Shown here: positions 50,201-62,570 of the stretch, in pieces
Numbering within the stretch: position 1 is the first letter of the stretch
How the letters are laid out: the number at the start of each line of letters is the position of its first letter
Source of the DNA: Macrostomum hystrix
Lineage: Eukaryota; Animalia; Platyhelminthes
Reading direction: 5' to 3'
Assembly (NCBI GenBank): GCA_950097015.1
Contig: CATNEN010000011.1
Span: forward strand, 3,720,001-3,784,000
DNA: 64,000 nucleotides
The notes under the pieces: generated by a model
Database searches by the model: none
Seen by the model: the letters and a program-made list of their open reading frames with translations, nothing else
Told to the model about the DNA's origin: nothing
Translations under genes and position numbers: made by a program

Positions 50201-53200
50201 GAATGACCTAGAATAGATTATCTAACCAAAAAAGACTAAATGATCAAACTAGATGCTTCATCGAATAACCATATTGACTAGACTTAATAATAAAATTAAT
50301 AACTAGCTAAAAAATTAATAACATAAAAACCGACCTGTTTGACAGTCAAGCTGCTAAGCTTCTGCAGTACATCGGACAATACCGACGCGTCCTCTTCCAT
50401 GAGGGTGCTGCCAAAGGCGCCCTTGAGCTCACGCTCTAGCAGGATGCTGTCCCAGTTCACTAGGGTCTGCACGTTGAAGCGTTGAATCACCTGCAATTGG
50501 AGATCATTTTTGGATTTAATCAGTATCCCAATGGAACTGATTATTTCAGTATCTAGTACCCAAAGGACTCCAGTATCTAGTACCCAGAGGACTCCAGTAT
50601 CTAGTAAACAGAGGACTTCAGTATCTAGCACCCAAAGGACTTCAGTATCTAGTACCCAAAGGACTCCAGTATCTAGTAAACAGGGGACTCCAGTATGTAG
50701 TACCCAAAGGACTTCAGTATCTAGTACCCAAAGGACTTCAGTATCTAGTACCCAAAGGACTTCAGTATCTAGTACCCAAAGGACTCCAGTATCTAGTACC
50801 CAAAGGACTCCAGTATCTAGTAAACAGAGGACTTCAGTATCTAGCACCCAAAGGACTTCAGTATCTAGTACCCAAAGGACTCCAGTATCTAGTAAACAGG
50901 GGACTCCAGTATGTAGTACCCAAAGGACTTCAGTATCTAGTACCCAAAGGACTTCAGTATCTAGTACCCAAAGGACTTCAGTATCTAGCACCCAAAGGAC
51001 TCCAGTATCTAGTACCCAAAGGACTGCAGTATGTAGTACCCAAAGGACTCCAGTATCTAGTACCCAGAGGACTCCAGTATCTAGTAAACAGAGGACTTCA
51101 GTATCTAGCACCCAAAGGACTTCAGTATCTAGTACCCAAAGGACTCCAGTATCTAGTAAACAGGGGACTCCAGTATGTAGTACCCAAAGGACTTCAGTAT
51201 CTAGTACCCAAAGGACTTCAGTATCTAGTACCCAAAGGACTTCAGTATCTAGTACCCAAAGGACTCCAGTATCTAGTACCCAAAGGACTGCAGTATGTAG
51301 TACCCAAAGGACTCCAGTATCTAGTACCCAGAGGACTCCAGTATCTAGTAAACAGAGGACTTCAGTATCTAGCACCCAAAGGACTTCAGTATCTAGTACC
51401 CAAAGGACTCCAGTATCTAGTAAACAGGGGACTCCAGTATGTAGTACCCAAAGGACTTCAGTATTTAGTACCCAAAGGACTTCAGTATCTAGTACCCAAA
51501 GGACTTCAGTATCTAGTACCCAAAGGACTTCAGTATCTAGTACCTAAAGGACTCCAGTATCTAGTACCCAAAGGACTCCAGTATGTAGTACCCAAAGGAC
51601 TCCAGTATGTAGTACCCAAAGGACTCCAGTATCTAGTACCCAAAGGACTCCAGTATGTAGTACCCAAAGGACTCCAGTATGTAGTACCCAAAGAACTTCA
51701 GTATCTAGTAAACAGGGGACTTCAGTATCTAGTACCCAAAGGACTTCAGTATCTAGTACCCAAAGGACTCCAGTATCTAGTACCCAAAGGACTCCAGTAT
51801 CTAGTACCCAGAGGACTCCAGTATGTAGTACCCAAAGGACTCCAGTATCTAGTACCCAGAGGACTCCAGTATGTAGTACCCAAAGGACTCCAGTATCTAG
51901 TACCCAAAGGACTCCAGTATGTAGTACCCAAAGGACTCCAGTATGTAGTACCCAAAGGACTTCAGTATCTAGTAAACAGGGGACTTCAGTATCTAGTACC
52001 CAAAGGACTCGGGTATCTAGTACCCAAAGGACTCCAGTATCTAGCACCCAAAGTACTTCAGTATCTAGTACCCAAAGGACTCCAGTATCTAGCACCCAAA
52101 GGACTCCAGTATCTAGTACCCAAAGGACTCCAGTATGTAGTACCCAAAGGACTCCAGTATCTAGTAAACAGGGGACTTCAGTATCTAGTACCCAAAGGAC
52201 TTCAGTATCTAGTACCTAAAGGACTCCAGTATCTAGTACCCAAAGGACTCCAGTATGTAGTACCCAAAGGACTCCAGTATGTAGTACCCAAAGGACTCCA
52301 GTATCTAGTACCCAAAGGACTCCAGTATCTAGTACCCAACACTCGAGTGGCTAGAACGTCGAATTCACAAAGCCTCACCTGGTGATACTTTAGCACCAGC
52401 TGTCGCAGTTCCTCCATGTGATAGATGAACTCTGGCAGGAATCGGTCCTGCATGCTATCGGCTGTATTTTGACCGCCTTTGGTTCGCGATTTGCCGCCGC
52501 CTGCCGGGTGAACGCCGTGCCTTAGAAACCAAAGCACCTCGTCGCGACAATAGGAAAGCGTCATGAGCAGGTAGAGCACCTTAGGACCCAATAGGCCAGG
52601 CTGATCCGAGAAGATCAGGCAGAGCTCTTTGAGCACATTTCGTAGATATTTTCGTCGCTCGCGATGCACCTCGGGTCCTTGCTGATAGACCTGGGTCTGC
52701 CATTCTTTCACTTCGTTCACTCTGCGACTGTAGTTGCGAATTGTGTCGAAGAATGCGATGATGAAGCTGTGAGTCTGGATCACCTGTTAATGAGAGCAGC
52801 GGCGGACCCAATTACTACTAGTAGTATGAGTGAACGAGTAAGTTTTAAAGTCAAAGAAAAATAGATAGAGCACACATATGCTGAGAGAGGATATTGCGAA
52901 ATGTGAATAGGTATGAACACAGGTAGATATACAGGGGAAAATTAGACAGCGATGAAAAATATAATAAGAAAGGTAGATAGAAAAGTATTGTGATAGATAG
53001 AAGAACAAGTTGTTAGCGGGAAAACTAGATAGGTAGAAAAAATACAGATGGTCTAGAGAAGGGAAACAAATAGATAGGAAGGTGAAGAGGTAGAAAGATA
53101 GTAAGAAAAGTGGAAAAGAAAGGCAGATGAATAGATAATAAGATAGATGGGTAGACAAAAAGGTAAATGAGTAGATGGTGAGGTAGATAGGTGGAAAAAA

Positions 53201-55459
53201 GCTAAATGAGTAGATGGTGAGGTAGATAGGTAGACAAAATATTGTATGAGTAGATAGTGAGGTGATAGGTAGACAAAAAGGTAAATGAGTAGATGTTGAG
53301 GTAGATAGGTAGATAAAAGGGTAGATGAATAGATGGTGAGGTAGATATGTGATAAAAAGGTAGATGTTGAGGTAGATAGGTAGATAAAAGGGTAGATGAG
53401 TAGATGGTGAGGTAGATAGGTAGATAAAAAGGTAAATGAGTAGATGGTGAGGTAGATAGGTAGATAAAAGGGTAGATGAATAGATGGTGAGGTAGATATG
53501 TGATAAAAAGGTAGATGTTGAGGTAGATAGGTAGATAAAAGGGTAGATGAGTAGATGGTGAGGTAGATAGGTAGATAAAAAGGTAAATGAGTAGATGGTG
53601 AGGTAGATAGGCAGATAAAAAGGTAGATGAGTAGATGGTGAGGTAGATAGGTAGCCAAAAGGTAGACAAGTAGATAACTTATAAGAGGCTAGATGTAATC
53701 AGAAAGCTTTTTAAAGTGTAGAATTCCGAGAGACCCCTACAGTCTATAGTCTATGGCCCAATCAAACACAGACCTGATCTCTGTACAGCGGCAGAACCCA
53801 GCTAGACAACAGAGCCTGTTTCCACAGGTTAAACGGCTCCTCTTCGTTTAGTTGAGGATGAATAACAGCGAAGCCAAAAACTAGCCAGCGTTCTAGACGC
53901 TCCTGACTGACCACCTCTAGAGCTAGAATGTCCGAGGACAAGGCGTTAACTAACGAATTCGGCTCTTTCAACAGCGACAGAAACTGAACGGCGCGCCAGT
54001 TCTCGGCGCGAAGAAAACGCCGACTGCAGACGCCGCGAAGCGACATCAGAGCTGGTGACAGCAGGCGAGAGTGGGGCACGAATTCGTCTTGAAGTCTGCG
54101 CATTGTATGGGCCGGCTGGTCGTAGTCGATCATTAACTGGGCTAGGCGCGGAAACTGCTTGTCCTGATTGAATAGGATAGATTGGCTAATTAGGTTACAG
54201 AAGGTGGGAACTAAGGTATAGATCTGCGAATGCAGGATATAGATCTATGCAGATGGGGTATAGATCTGGGTAGATGGGACATAGATTTATGCAGATGAGA
54301 TATAGATCTATGTAGATGGAATATAGACCTGGGTAGACGGGATATAGATATGGGTAGATGGGATGTAGATCTGGGTAGATGGGATATAGATCTAGGTAGA
54401 AGGGGTACAGACCTGGGTAGACGGGATATAGATCTGGGTAGATGGGATATAGATCTGGGTAGATGGAATATAGATCTGGGTAGATGGGATATAGATCTAG
54501 GTAGAAGGGGTATAGACCTGGGTAGACGGGATATAGATCTTGGTAGATGGGATATAGATCTATGTAGATGGAATATAGATCTAGGTAGAAGGGGTACAGA
54601 CCTGGGTAGATGGAATATAGATCTAAGTAAATGGGATATAGACCTGGGTAGATGGGATATAGATCTGGGTAGATGGGATATAGATCTGGGTAGATGGGAT
54701 ATAGATCTGGGTAGATGGGATATAGATCTGGGTAGATGGGATATAGATCTGGGTAGATGGGATATAGATCTGGGTAGATGGGATATAGATCTGGGTAGAT
54801 GGGATATAGATCTAGGTAGAAGGGGTATAGACCTGGGTAGATGGAATATAGATCTAAGTAAATGGGATATAGACCTGGGTAGATGGGATCTAGAATAGCT
54901 AGCCCAAAAAAAGTGGGAAATCAAGACTAGATTAAAGCAATAAAGCAAATCCACAGACCTGGGCGCCAGTCTTGGACTCCAAGCACAGCACATAGATAGC
55001 CACTAGCAGTTTTTTGTCTTCAAATTGGCTAAACATAACCATAGTGGCAATGTAATTAGCTACCAAATCCAGATAGTGAAAAGTCATCTCAGTGTTTAGC
55101 TCGGCATTCAGATGGATACCGCTGGCGTCCATTCTAGTCAGCAGTTCCGAGATGTGATCCTTCACGTCCAGGATGTCTAAAAAGGCAACGTAGCAGATTG
55201 ACAACATCTTGATGAATTCGTCTCGCCTGCTAACCAGCGGAGTGAGGTTGGCGCTGCCAGATTTCAAATCGATTGTTGGAAATCGACGCAGTAAATCTTT
55301 GCAGGCCTTGTCTAGAGTCTTCTCCGACAGCAAATCCTGACGATAACGTTTCGACGCTTCGCGAACAAAATGCAATCTAGCCATCAGACCATTGAGTCTA
55401 TCGTTGAGTATGTAAAGCTTTTCGCCAATCTTCTGTTGGCCTTGCATCATGCGAGACAT
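44278..55459 (-). CDS. NCKAP1: Nck-associated protein 1 / Hem (WAVE regulatory complex), ~1137 aa, 8 exons
   Basis: Exons 55459-54959, 54163-53774, 52783-52379, 50490-50335, 49249-48721, 48236-47551, 45646-45332, 44709-44278; all GT-AG and phase-consistent. QQKIGEKLYILNDR, FPRLAQLMIDY, PGLLGPK, ALAELIGPYGMKYL and CPYLTASLLEMCFPYALIRQAY match the Hem family. Confidence 0.95.
44770..45290. repeat. ~20-bp degenerate repeat (TTGAGTCTGGGATGAGATTT), NCKAP1 intron 7
   Basis: Recurring unit. Confidence 0.88.
45780..47515. repeat. 20-bp repeat (GTAGACAGGCAGATAGAAAT) with ~720-bp higher-order duplication, NCKAP1 intron 6
   Basis: Blocks at 46081 and 46801, and at 46441 and 47161, are identical. Confidence 0.96.
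48310..48690. repeat. ~23-27-bp repeat (GAATGACCCACTTCAGGAAGATCATT), NCKAP1 intron 5
   Basis: Recurring unit. Confidence 0.9.
49310..50090. repeat. ~25-bp degenerate repeat (CAAACCTGATGACTCAATGAATGAC), NCKAP1 intron 4
   Basis: Recurring unit. Confidence 0.88.
50545..52340. repeat. 24-bp repeat (CAGTATCTAGTACCCAAAGGACTC), NCKAP1 intron 3
   Basis: Direct periodicity; blocks at 50581 and 51061 are identical (480-bp period). Confidence 0.96.
52960..53670. repeat. ~40-bp AGAT-rich repeat (AGGTAGATAGGTAGATAAAAAGGTAAATGAGTAGATGGTG), NCKAP1 intron 2
   Basis: Recurring unit, most regular at 53170-53670. Confidence 0.88.
54215..54890. repeat. 21-bp repeat (GGGATATAGATCTGGGTAGAT), NCKAP1 intron 1
   Basis: Direct periodicity. 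Confidence 0.95.
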
Positions 55460-56414
55460 GATGATTACCTGGGCCTAGGTCTATATTTTGTTTGTCAACT
55501 GAATTTAATCAACGTGTTCTAGGCGATAAAGCTGAAACTTGAGATTTAAGGTGAAATTAATAACTTTTAGATAATGATTACTTCTAATCAAGAGTCTAGA
55601 ATCGAACCCGCGATATTCAATTTGTTAAGCTTAATGCTCTAACAATTACTCTACCTGTTCTAGTCAAGACAACTGAATAACGGCATCTTATAAAATATAT
55701 TCTGAAATGTAGATTGCTACAAATAGCACAAACAAAGTTGGGACAACGGCTGTCAAAACTGGGGAAAAAGATAAGAGATAAGGGAAAAGAGGGAGGAAAG
55801 GACTTTAGATAAACACATAAAGTGATACTTAACATCTACTAGAAGCCTACAAACTAATTGGCACTCTACTAACTAATTAAAGATCATCATTTTATTAACC
55901 TCGCCAAGATAGAACAGTAATTTGTTAGAAATTGTATGCACAACCAAATTTAGAAGCAAACACTTAACATGGCTGCAAATTCACATACAGTAGAAAAGTT
56001 AAAGGGCAACAATATATGTACATTAATGTACATTGCTTTGCCGCTAGAAATGCACACTGTTAGAACACATAGCTAATTTTGTATAAACTAATTACACACA
56101 CGCACAGTGACAGAAACACGCAGTCAAAAGATTCTGCAATCTCAGTAGTGAAATATAATAAGCCAGATAAGAACTAAATTAATTATGTGCAATAGTTTCA
56201 GTGAATTAAAACAAAAATCCGCGATGACAGATGATAAGTTAGGCGTCCTGTCCCTACCCTAGCCCTAACCATAAAACACTCGTAGTGTAAAACTGAAACT
56301 TAAAGCTGCATCAAGCGCAGTTAATTCTGTAAAACTTTCTAAACTAAAGTACACGAAGTGAAAAAATCACCAGTAAAATACAATGTATACTACATGAATC
56401 TAAAAATAACAAAC

Positions 56415-57235
56415 CTAAGAGAAGGGAGGATGCGTGAGAGGAGAGTAGAGGACAGAAAAGGTTAGATGAGAGGAAAAAGAGAAGAGTTGCGATAGGATGA
56501 GATGAGAGGAGAGTAGAGGAAAGTAGAGGAGAGTAGAGGAGAGGAGAGTAGAGGAGATGAGAGGAGAGGAGAGGAAAGGAGAGGAGAGGAGAGGAGAGAT
56601 GAGGTGAGGAGAGGAAAGGAGAGGAGAGATAAGGTGAGGAGAGGAGAGGAGAGGAGAGATAAGGTGAGGAGAGGAGAGGAGAGGAGAGGAGAGGAGAGGA
56701 GAGGAGAGGAGAGTAGAGGAGAGGAGAGGAGAGTAGAGGAGAGGAGAGGAGAGGAGAGTAGAGGAGAGGAGAGTAGAGGAGAGGAGAGTAGAGGAGAGGA
56801 GAGTAGAGGAGAGGAAAGGAGAGGAGAGATAAGGTGAGGAGAGGAAAGGAGAGGAGAGATAAGGTGAGGAGAGGAGAGGAGAGGAGAGGAGAGGAGAGGA
56901 GAGTAGAGGAGAGGAGAGGAGAGGAGAGTAGAGGAGAGGAGAGGAGAGTAGAGGAGAGGAGAGTAGAGGAGAGTAGAGGAGAGTAGAGGAGAGTAGAGGA
57001 GAGGAGAGTAGAGGAGAGTAGAGTAGAGGAGAGGAGAGGAGAGGAGAGGAGAGGAGAGGAGAGGAGAGTAGAGGAGAGTAGAGTAGAGGAGAGGAGAGGA
57101 GAGGAGAGGAGAGGAGAGTAGAGTAGAGGAGAGGAGAGTAGAGGACAGAAGAGGAAAGGAGAGAAAAGGAGATGAGAGGAGTGGAGAGGAGATAAGAGGA
57201 AGAAATAAGAGTAGAGGAGATGGGAGAAGAGAGCA
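56415..57235. repeat. Purine pentamer microsatellite (GAGGA/GAGTA)n, intergenic
   Basis: Direct observation. Confidence 0.95.
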
Positions 57236-58154
57236 ATATATTTTAACAAAACTATCCTACCTGTTTAACAATCGTATTTTACACAGCTGGAAATAACGCA
57301 AACAGAAAAATAACATGTCTTTATCGAGAATGCACCGTTGATTAGTTTACAATTCGATAAGTTAATCACAATGGCAATCTAGTTGCCATATATAGATTAA
57401 CAAACCAAATAATTGCAGACTAAAATTTAATCATTACATTCTCCATTTTTTAATTGTAGAATTTTATTTCAACCAAAAAGTTGGTCAAACAAACCAGTGA
57501 GCCGCAAACAGGAAATTTGAGTTGCAAGTTGTTGAAGCAGAAGATTGTGTTTTACGAAAACGAATGAACTCCTTGTTGTTAGTAACAATAAAATCAAAGC
57601 TGCTAGTATTGTTTGAAAAGAACAGTTAACTAAAACTAAGCCACAGAAACCATGACACCAATGATAAAAGACGCATGGCATATTGTGCCACAACAGCAAT
57701 CAGATGTTTTCTACTAGTAATAAAACTACAATGCCATCAGGTGCAAACGAAAATAAAATTGCTGATGAAAGTGAAATTAAAAAAATAAAAGTGACAGCTG
57801 AAAAAAATAACGACATTAATTTTTTTGTTATGTCTATAATAAGTTTTAAATTATTTCCATTAAAAAATGTAACTGCAATTTTAATCATTAAAAACAACCG
57901 CTACAGGAAATTGGTAGGAGTGACGTCTACAGCGAAAGATTAAAAATTATAATTAAACTGAAAAAAAGTGCTGCGCATTTACTTGCGAAAAGTTTAGAAG
58001 AAGCGAAATAACATTTTTGCTACTTGTTTCGTGCAATCTAGAATGTCAGTTTTCGATTTTAATACTTCGTGAAAGATTTGTAGATTTCCTGCATTTTACT
58101 CAGGATTGTCTTATTCCTCGTGATATCCCTTGCTTTTTTAATGCCTTGAGAGGA

Positions 58155-58392
58155 GAACCTGACAAGATCAGAACCTGACAAGATCAGAACCTGACAAGAT
58201 CAGAACCTGACAAGATCAGAACCTGACAAGATCAGAACCTGACAAAATCAGAACCTGACAAGATCAGAACCTGACAAGATCAGAACCTGACAAGATCAGA
58301 ACCTGACAAAATCAGAATCTCACAAGACAAGAACCTGACAAGATCAGAACCTGACAAGATCAGAACCTGACAAGATCAGAACCTGACAAGAT
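58155..58392. repeat. 16-bp repeat (CAGAACCTGACAAGAT) downstream of the NCOA4 stop
   Basis: Direct periodicity. Confidence 0.95.
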
Positions 58393-58506
58393 GAGACCCA
58401 TCAGCTGCAGCCATGTTTATCCCTGAATCACTTAGCCTTCAAATCATAATACCAAACACAATCGATCAGCAGCCAAAGCTTATCGATCAGCAGTCAAAGC
58501 TTATCT

Positions 58507-60893
58507 CTAGATGGTCTTCAGCTTGAAGTCGCTATCCTGATTATCACCAGCAGTTGAAGCAGTCGAACTAGCCAGCCAGCAGTCCTTGGCTAGGCCGACA
58601 TTCTTCCAGTTGTCCAGCAGCAGAGCAGATGCAGCAGCTGTTGTTGTCTTCTGCTCCTGCAGAGACTTCAGGGTCGTTGGAGCTTGAAACACAGACAGAG
58701 GCAATTGACGAAGCTGCTGATTGGCTAGAGGCTTCTTGGGCTGGCAGCGGTCAAGCCAGCGATCGTTGCCGCCGTCCAGTTCCTGACGAATCTTGACTTC
58801 GCGATTGCGGAAACAGTCACCGTCGCACAGGCAGTCTGTCCGGCTCTGACAGGGTTCGTTAGCTTTGCACACATAGTTAATTAGCCAGCGAGTTTTGTCT
58901 TCGTCAACGGAACCGGCGCTCAGGATCTGCGGGGGGATTTCGTTAATCTAGAATATGTACAATGGTACGTCACGACAAGGTCTAAGGGGTCGATCTGGGA
59001 AGGCCGGAAGGTGAGGATTTAAGAAGGACTAAATTTCAGGATTTGGGAAGGCCAGAAGGTGAGGTTCTGGAAAAGCCTGAAGGTGAGGATCTGGAAAAGC
59101 CTGAAGGTGAGGTTCTGGAAAAGCCTGAAGGTGAGGTTCTGGAAAAGCCTGAAGGTGAGGATCTGGAAAAGCCTGAAGGTGAGGTTCTGGAAAAGCCTGA
59201 AGGTGAGGATCTGGAAAAGCCTGAAGGTGAGGTTCTGGAAAAGCCAGAAGGTGAGGATCTGGAAAAGCCTGAAGGTGAGGTTCTGGGAAGGCCTGAAATT
59301 GAGGATTTAGGAAGGACTGAATGACAGGATTAGGGAAAGCCTGAAGGTGAGGATCTGGGAAGGCCTTAGTCTAAGCCAATCTAAAACAGTTACCTCAAAG
59401 CTGTCGGCCAATGAAGCAGCGGCACAGCTTCCGCCGCCGCTGCCAGACCCAGAAGTCAACTTCAGCGGAGTTCGCGGCAGTCGTACCAGATGATAAGATC
59501 CCTGCTGCTCAGTCTGTTCCTGCAGCTGCTGCTGCAGACGCGGCTGTTGAAACTGCTGCTCCTGTTGCGGCATCATCAGTCGATGCTGGCCGCCATTTCC
59601 TGACAAGCTTTTGTGCTCCCAAGCTTCGTCCTCTTTGTCTTCGTACTCTTCAACTGGGCCGGGCAGCGAAGGTGTGGCGCTGCTAAAGCTGGACGGCGAC
59701 TGGGCGTAGCCGCACACAATGCGACCGTACTGACTGATGGACTCGTGCATTGCGGCGCTCTCGGCGGTGAAGGTGATCAACGGCGGCTCCGCCGGCATCA
59801 GCGGAAGCTGCAGAGTCTGCTGCGACGTCAGGGTCTTCTGAAGGCAGCGTTCCTGACGGCGGAGCTGGTCAACCTGCGGGCGAGAAGAGGATTAAACTTG
59901 TGAATCTGGGGATCTGGGAAGATGTTAATTCTAATCTGAGAATTTTAGAATATGTTAATTTTAATCTGAGGATCTGGGAATATGGTAATTTAAATTGAAG
60001 GATCTTGGAATATGGTAATTTTAATTGAAGGATCTGGGAATATGGTAATTTTAATTGAAGGATCTGGGAATATGGTAATTTTGATCTGAGGATCTGAGAA
60101 TATGGTAATTTTAATCTGAGGATCTGGGAATATAGTAATTATAATTGAAGGATCTGGGAATATGGTAATTTTGATCTGAGGATCTGAAAATATAGTAATT
60201 TTAATCTGAGGATCTGAGAATATAGTAATTTTGATCTGAGGATCTGTGAATATGGTAGGTTAATCTGAGGATCTGGGAATATGGTAGCTTAATCTGAGGA
60301 TCTGGGAATATGGTAGCTTAATCTGAGGATCTGGGAATATGGTAGCTTAATCTGAGGATCTGGGAATATGGTAGCTTAATCTGAGGATCTGGGAATATGG
60401 TAGCTTAATCTGAGGATCTGGGAATATGGTAGCTTAATCTGAGGATCTGGGAATATGGTAGCTTAATCTGGGGATCTGGGAATATGGTAGCTTAATCTGG
60501 GGATCTGGGAATATGGTAGCTTAATCTGAGGATATGGGAATATGGTAGCTTAATCTGGGGATCTGGGAATATGATAGCTTCATAAAAAGATTTGGGAAGA
60601 TTTTAGTTATAACCTGAGGATTTGGGAAGATTCTAGTTCTAATCTAAGGATCTGGGAAGATTGTAGCTGAAATCTCTGGATCGCTAATAAAATATAATCC
60701 TCACCTGATCAGCTTGAACCAGTTCCACCTGTTGCACAAGCCACTGTTCTCTCCGACGCATCGCATCAATCTGCTTGGCCACGCTGTCTCGAATGGCAGC
60801 TTTAACAGCCTCAGCATTGTCTTCCAAAGATTTGCGACAGGTGGTCAGGTGGGACATGGCCTGGTACAGGCGAGTTCGCTCGGAATCAACCAT
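58507..60893 (-). CDS. NCOA4: NCOA4/ARA70-like protein (ferritinophagy receptor family), ~362 aa, 3 exons
   Basis: Exons 60893-60705, 59873-59394, 58926-58507, all phase 0. N-terminal coiled coil DNAEAVKAAIRDSVAKQIDAMRRREQWLVQQVELV resembles the ARA70 domain; VCKANEPCQSRTDCLCDGDC resembles human [20 protein letters not shown]. Confidence 0.85.
58995..59365. repeat. 24-bp repeat (GAAAAGCCTGAAGGTGAGGATCTG), NCOA4 intron 2
   Basis: Direct periodicity. Confidence 0.93.
59905..60665. repeat. 29-bp repeat (GGATCTGGGAATATGGTAGCTTAATCTGA), NCOA4 intron 1
   Basis: Direct periodicity. Confidence 0.93.
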
Positions 60894-62178
60894 TATTTTT
60901 GTTTTGATTATTGTTACTTAGTTTTTATATGGCTCTGGTTTCAGTCGAAATTATTATATTGGACAGTCTGCCTACTTGAATCTAAAAAACTGTATTTGGG
61001 GAGGAAACAAGATTAATAGAGTACGTGAACTTGTTTGCTAAAAATAGTACGAAATGCTGTTATACTAGGCAATTTAAACATGATTGCCTTAATAGTACAT
61101 ACATTTTTGTATATACTAGTATATAGACTTATAAATAAACATACTAAAATTCGAACCATCATTTTTCTTAAGCTAACTTAACACGCAACTTATGCTTTGC
61201 ATGCAATAGTAGACAAATGATTTTATCATGTCGATTTTTTTTATATTTCTTTTTTTCTTTCTTGTTGTTTGCAGCAATTGTTTTTGGTGACTGGCATTCC
61301 ACTTAGATCAGCCTATAGGTGGAATAGCATGTGGCATACAATGCTTGAATGTGTGTGGACTTAATGCAGGGGTGAGGTAGAACAGCATGTCACTAATGAA
61401 TTTAAAGCCAAATTTATGATTTCCTAAAAACAAGTAGCAGAAAGAAAAATGAACAAAAGAGATTCATGCAGTCATGAACCATAGTAGCTAATGAGATTTT
61501 TAAATACATTTTAAGGGTTTAAATGAAGGAAGTTAAAGTAGGGGTTGGTGCACTTGGTAAGTTGTGGGCATTGCACTTTGTAAAGATGTCTGGCACAATT
61601 CAACCCCTGGCTGCAATAGGTTTGCTATAAACTAAAGTATATATATATATATATTATACTATATATATTAACTATATAACTAACCATAAACTAACTCTAA
61701 ACTAACTAGCCTGTACTATTTATATGGCAAGGATAGATTAAATTTACAAAAAAATTTAACTGAGACATAAACTTAGCTCAATATGTTAATGTAGTATAGA
61801 CAAATATTAGTAAAAAGCTTCAAAAATTAATTTACTAATATAATAAAACATTCAGAATAAGTTCTTAATACAGAAGCTAAATGTTTCAATGGCCTAAAAA
61901 ATATTAGTTAAAATGCAATTTAATGTTTTGTTAGTTTTTTATGTGTCATCAAACTAAACAGAAAATCATCAGAGCAAACAAGAAAAAATCAACATAAATA
62001 CTTAAATACTGAAAATACTTAATTATAGCCATTATTTATGGCTAAAAATGGGCAAGAAACCATAAAGCAAATTGGAATAGATATTTTATTAATTTTTGCT
62101 AAATGATTACTTTAACTAGGCATAAACTAGAAAATAACAACTTTAGTTTTGTAAAAAAAAGTAAGCAAAATCAGGAAG

Positions 62179-62570
62179 TGCTTATTCCCACGGTCCCATG
62201 CTGATAATTTCAATTTTATCCACATGGATCTGTACCGACATACATGCGCAACACCCGGCCGAACCGGCCAGGTGAAACGAGGGCCAAGCAAGGTAAGTCG
62301 CAAAAACCAATTGACCAAGCGCAAAAAACTCAAAGGGGGGACCAAGGGACAAAAAAGGAAGGCGTGAAGAAAAGGAAAAGGGGGAGAGAAAAAGAAAGCA
62401 AATGAGAGCAAACTAAGTCATAAATAGAGCAATGAAACGAACTAAGTTGCAAATGAGAGCAAAAACTAAGTCGCACGGCCGGCTAAGATTTGGGAGGTTG
62501 AGCATGTATGCGTGCCGATAATTTTCTGCTTATCCACACGGCAGCTTGTATGAGGACCATGGGTATAAGC
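62179..62570. mobile_element. Possible MITE with short TIRs
   Basis: GCTTATTCCCACGGTCC versus GGACCATGGGTATAAGC; internal CATACATGCGCAAC versus GTTGAGCATGTATG. Confidence 0.45.

Noticed and set aside
50296-51375. NCKAP1 exon 4 starting at a repeat-derived AG (GGTACTAG|ATACTG)
   Set aside because: That AG is out of phase with exon 3. TTGCAG|GTG at 50490 is in phase and restores the homologous YHQ|VIQRF alignment.
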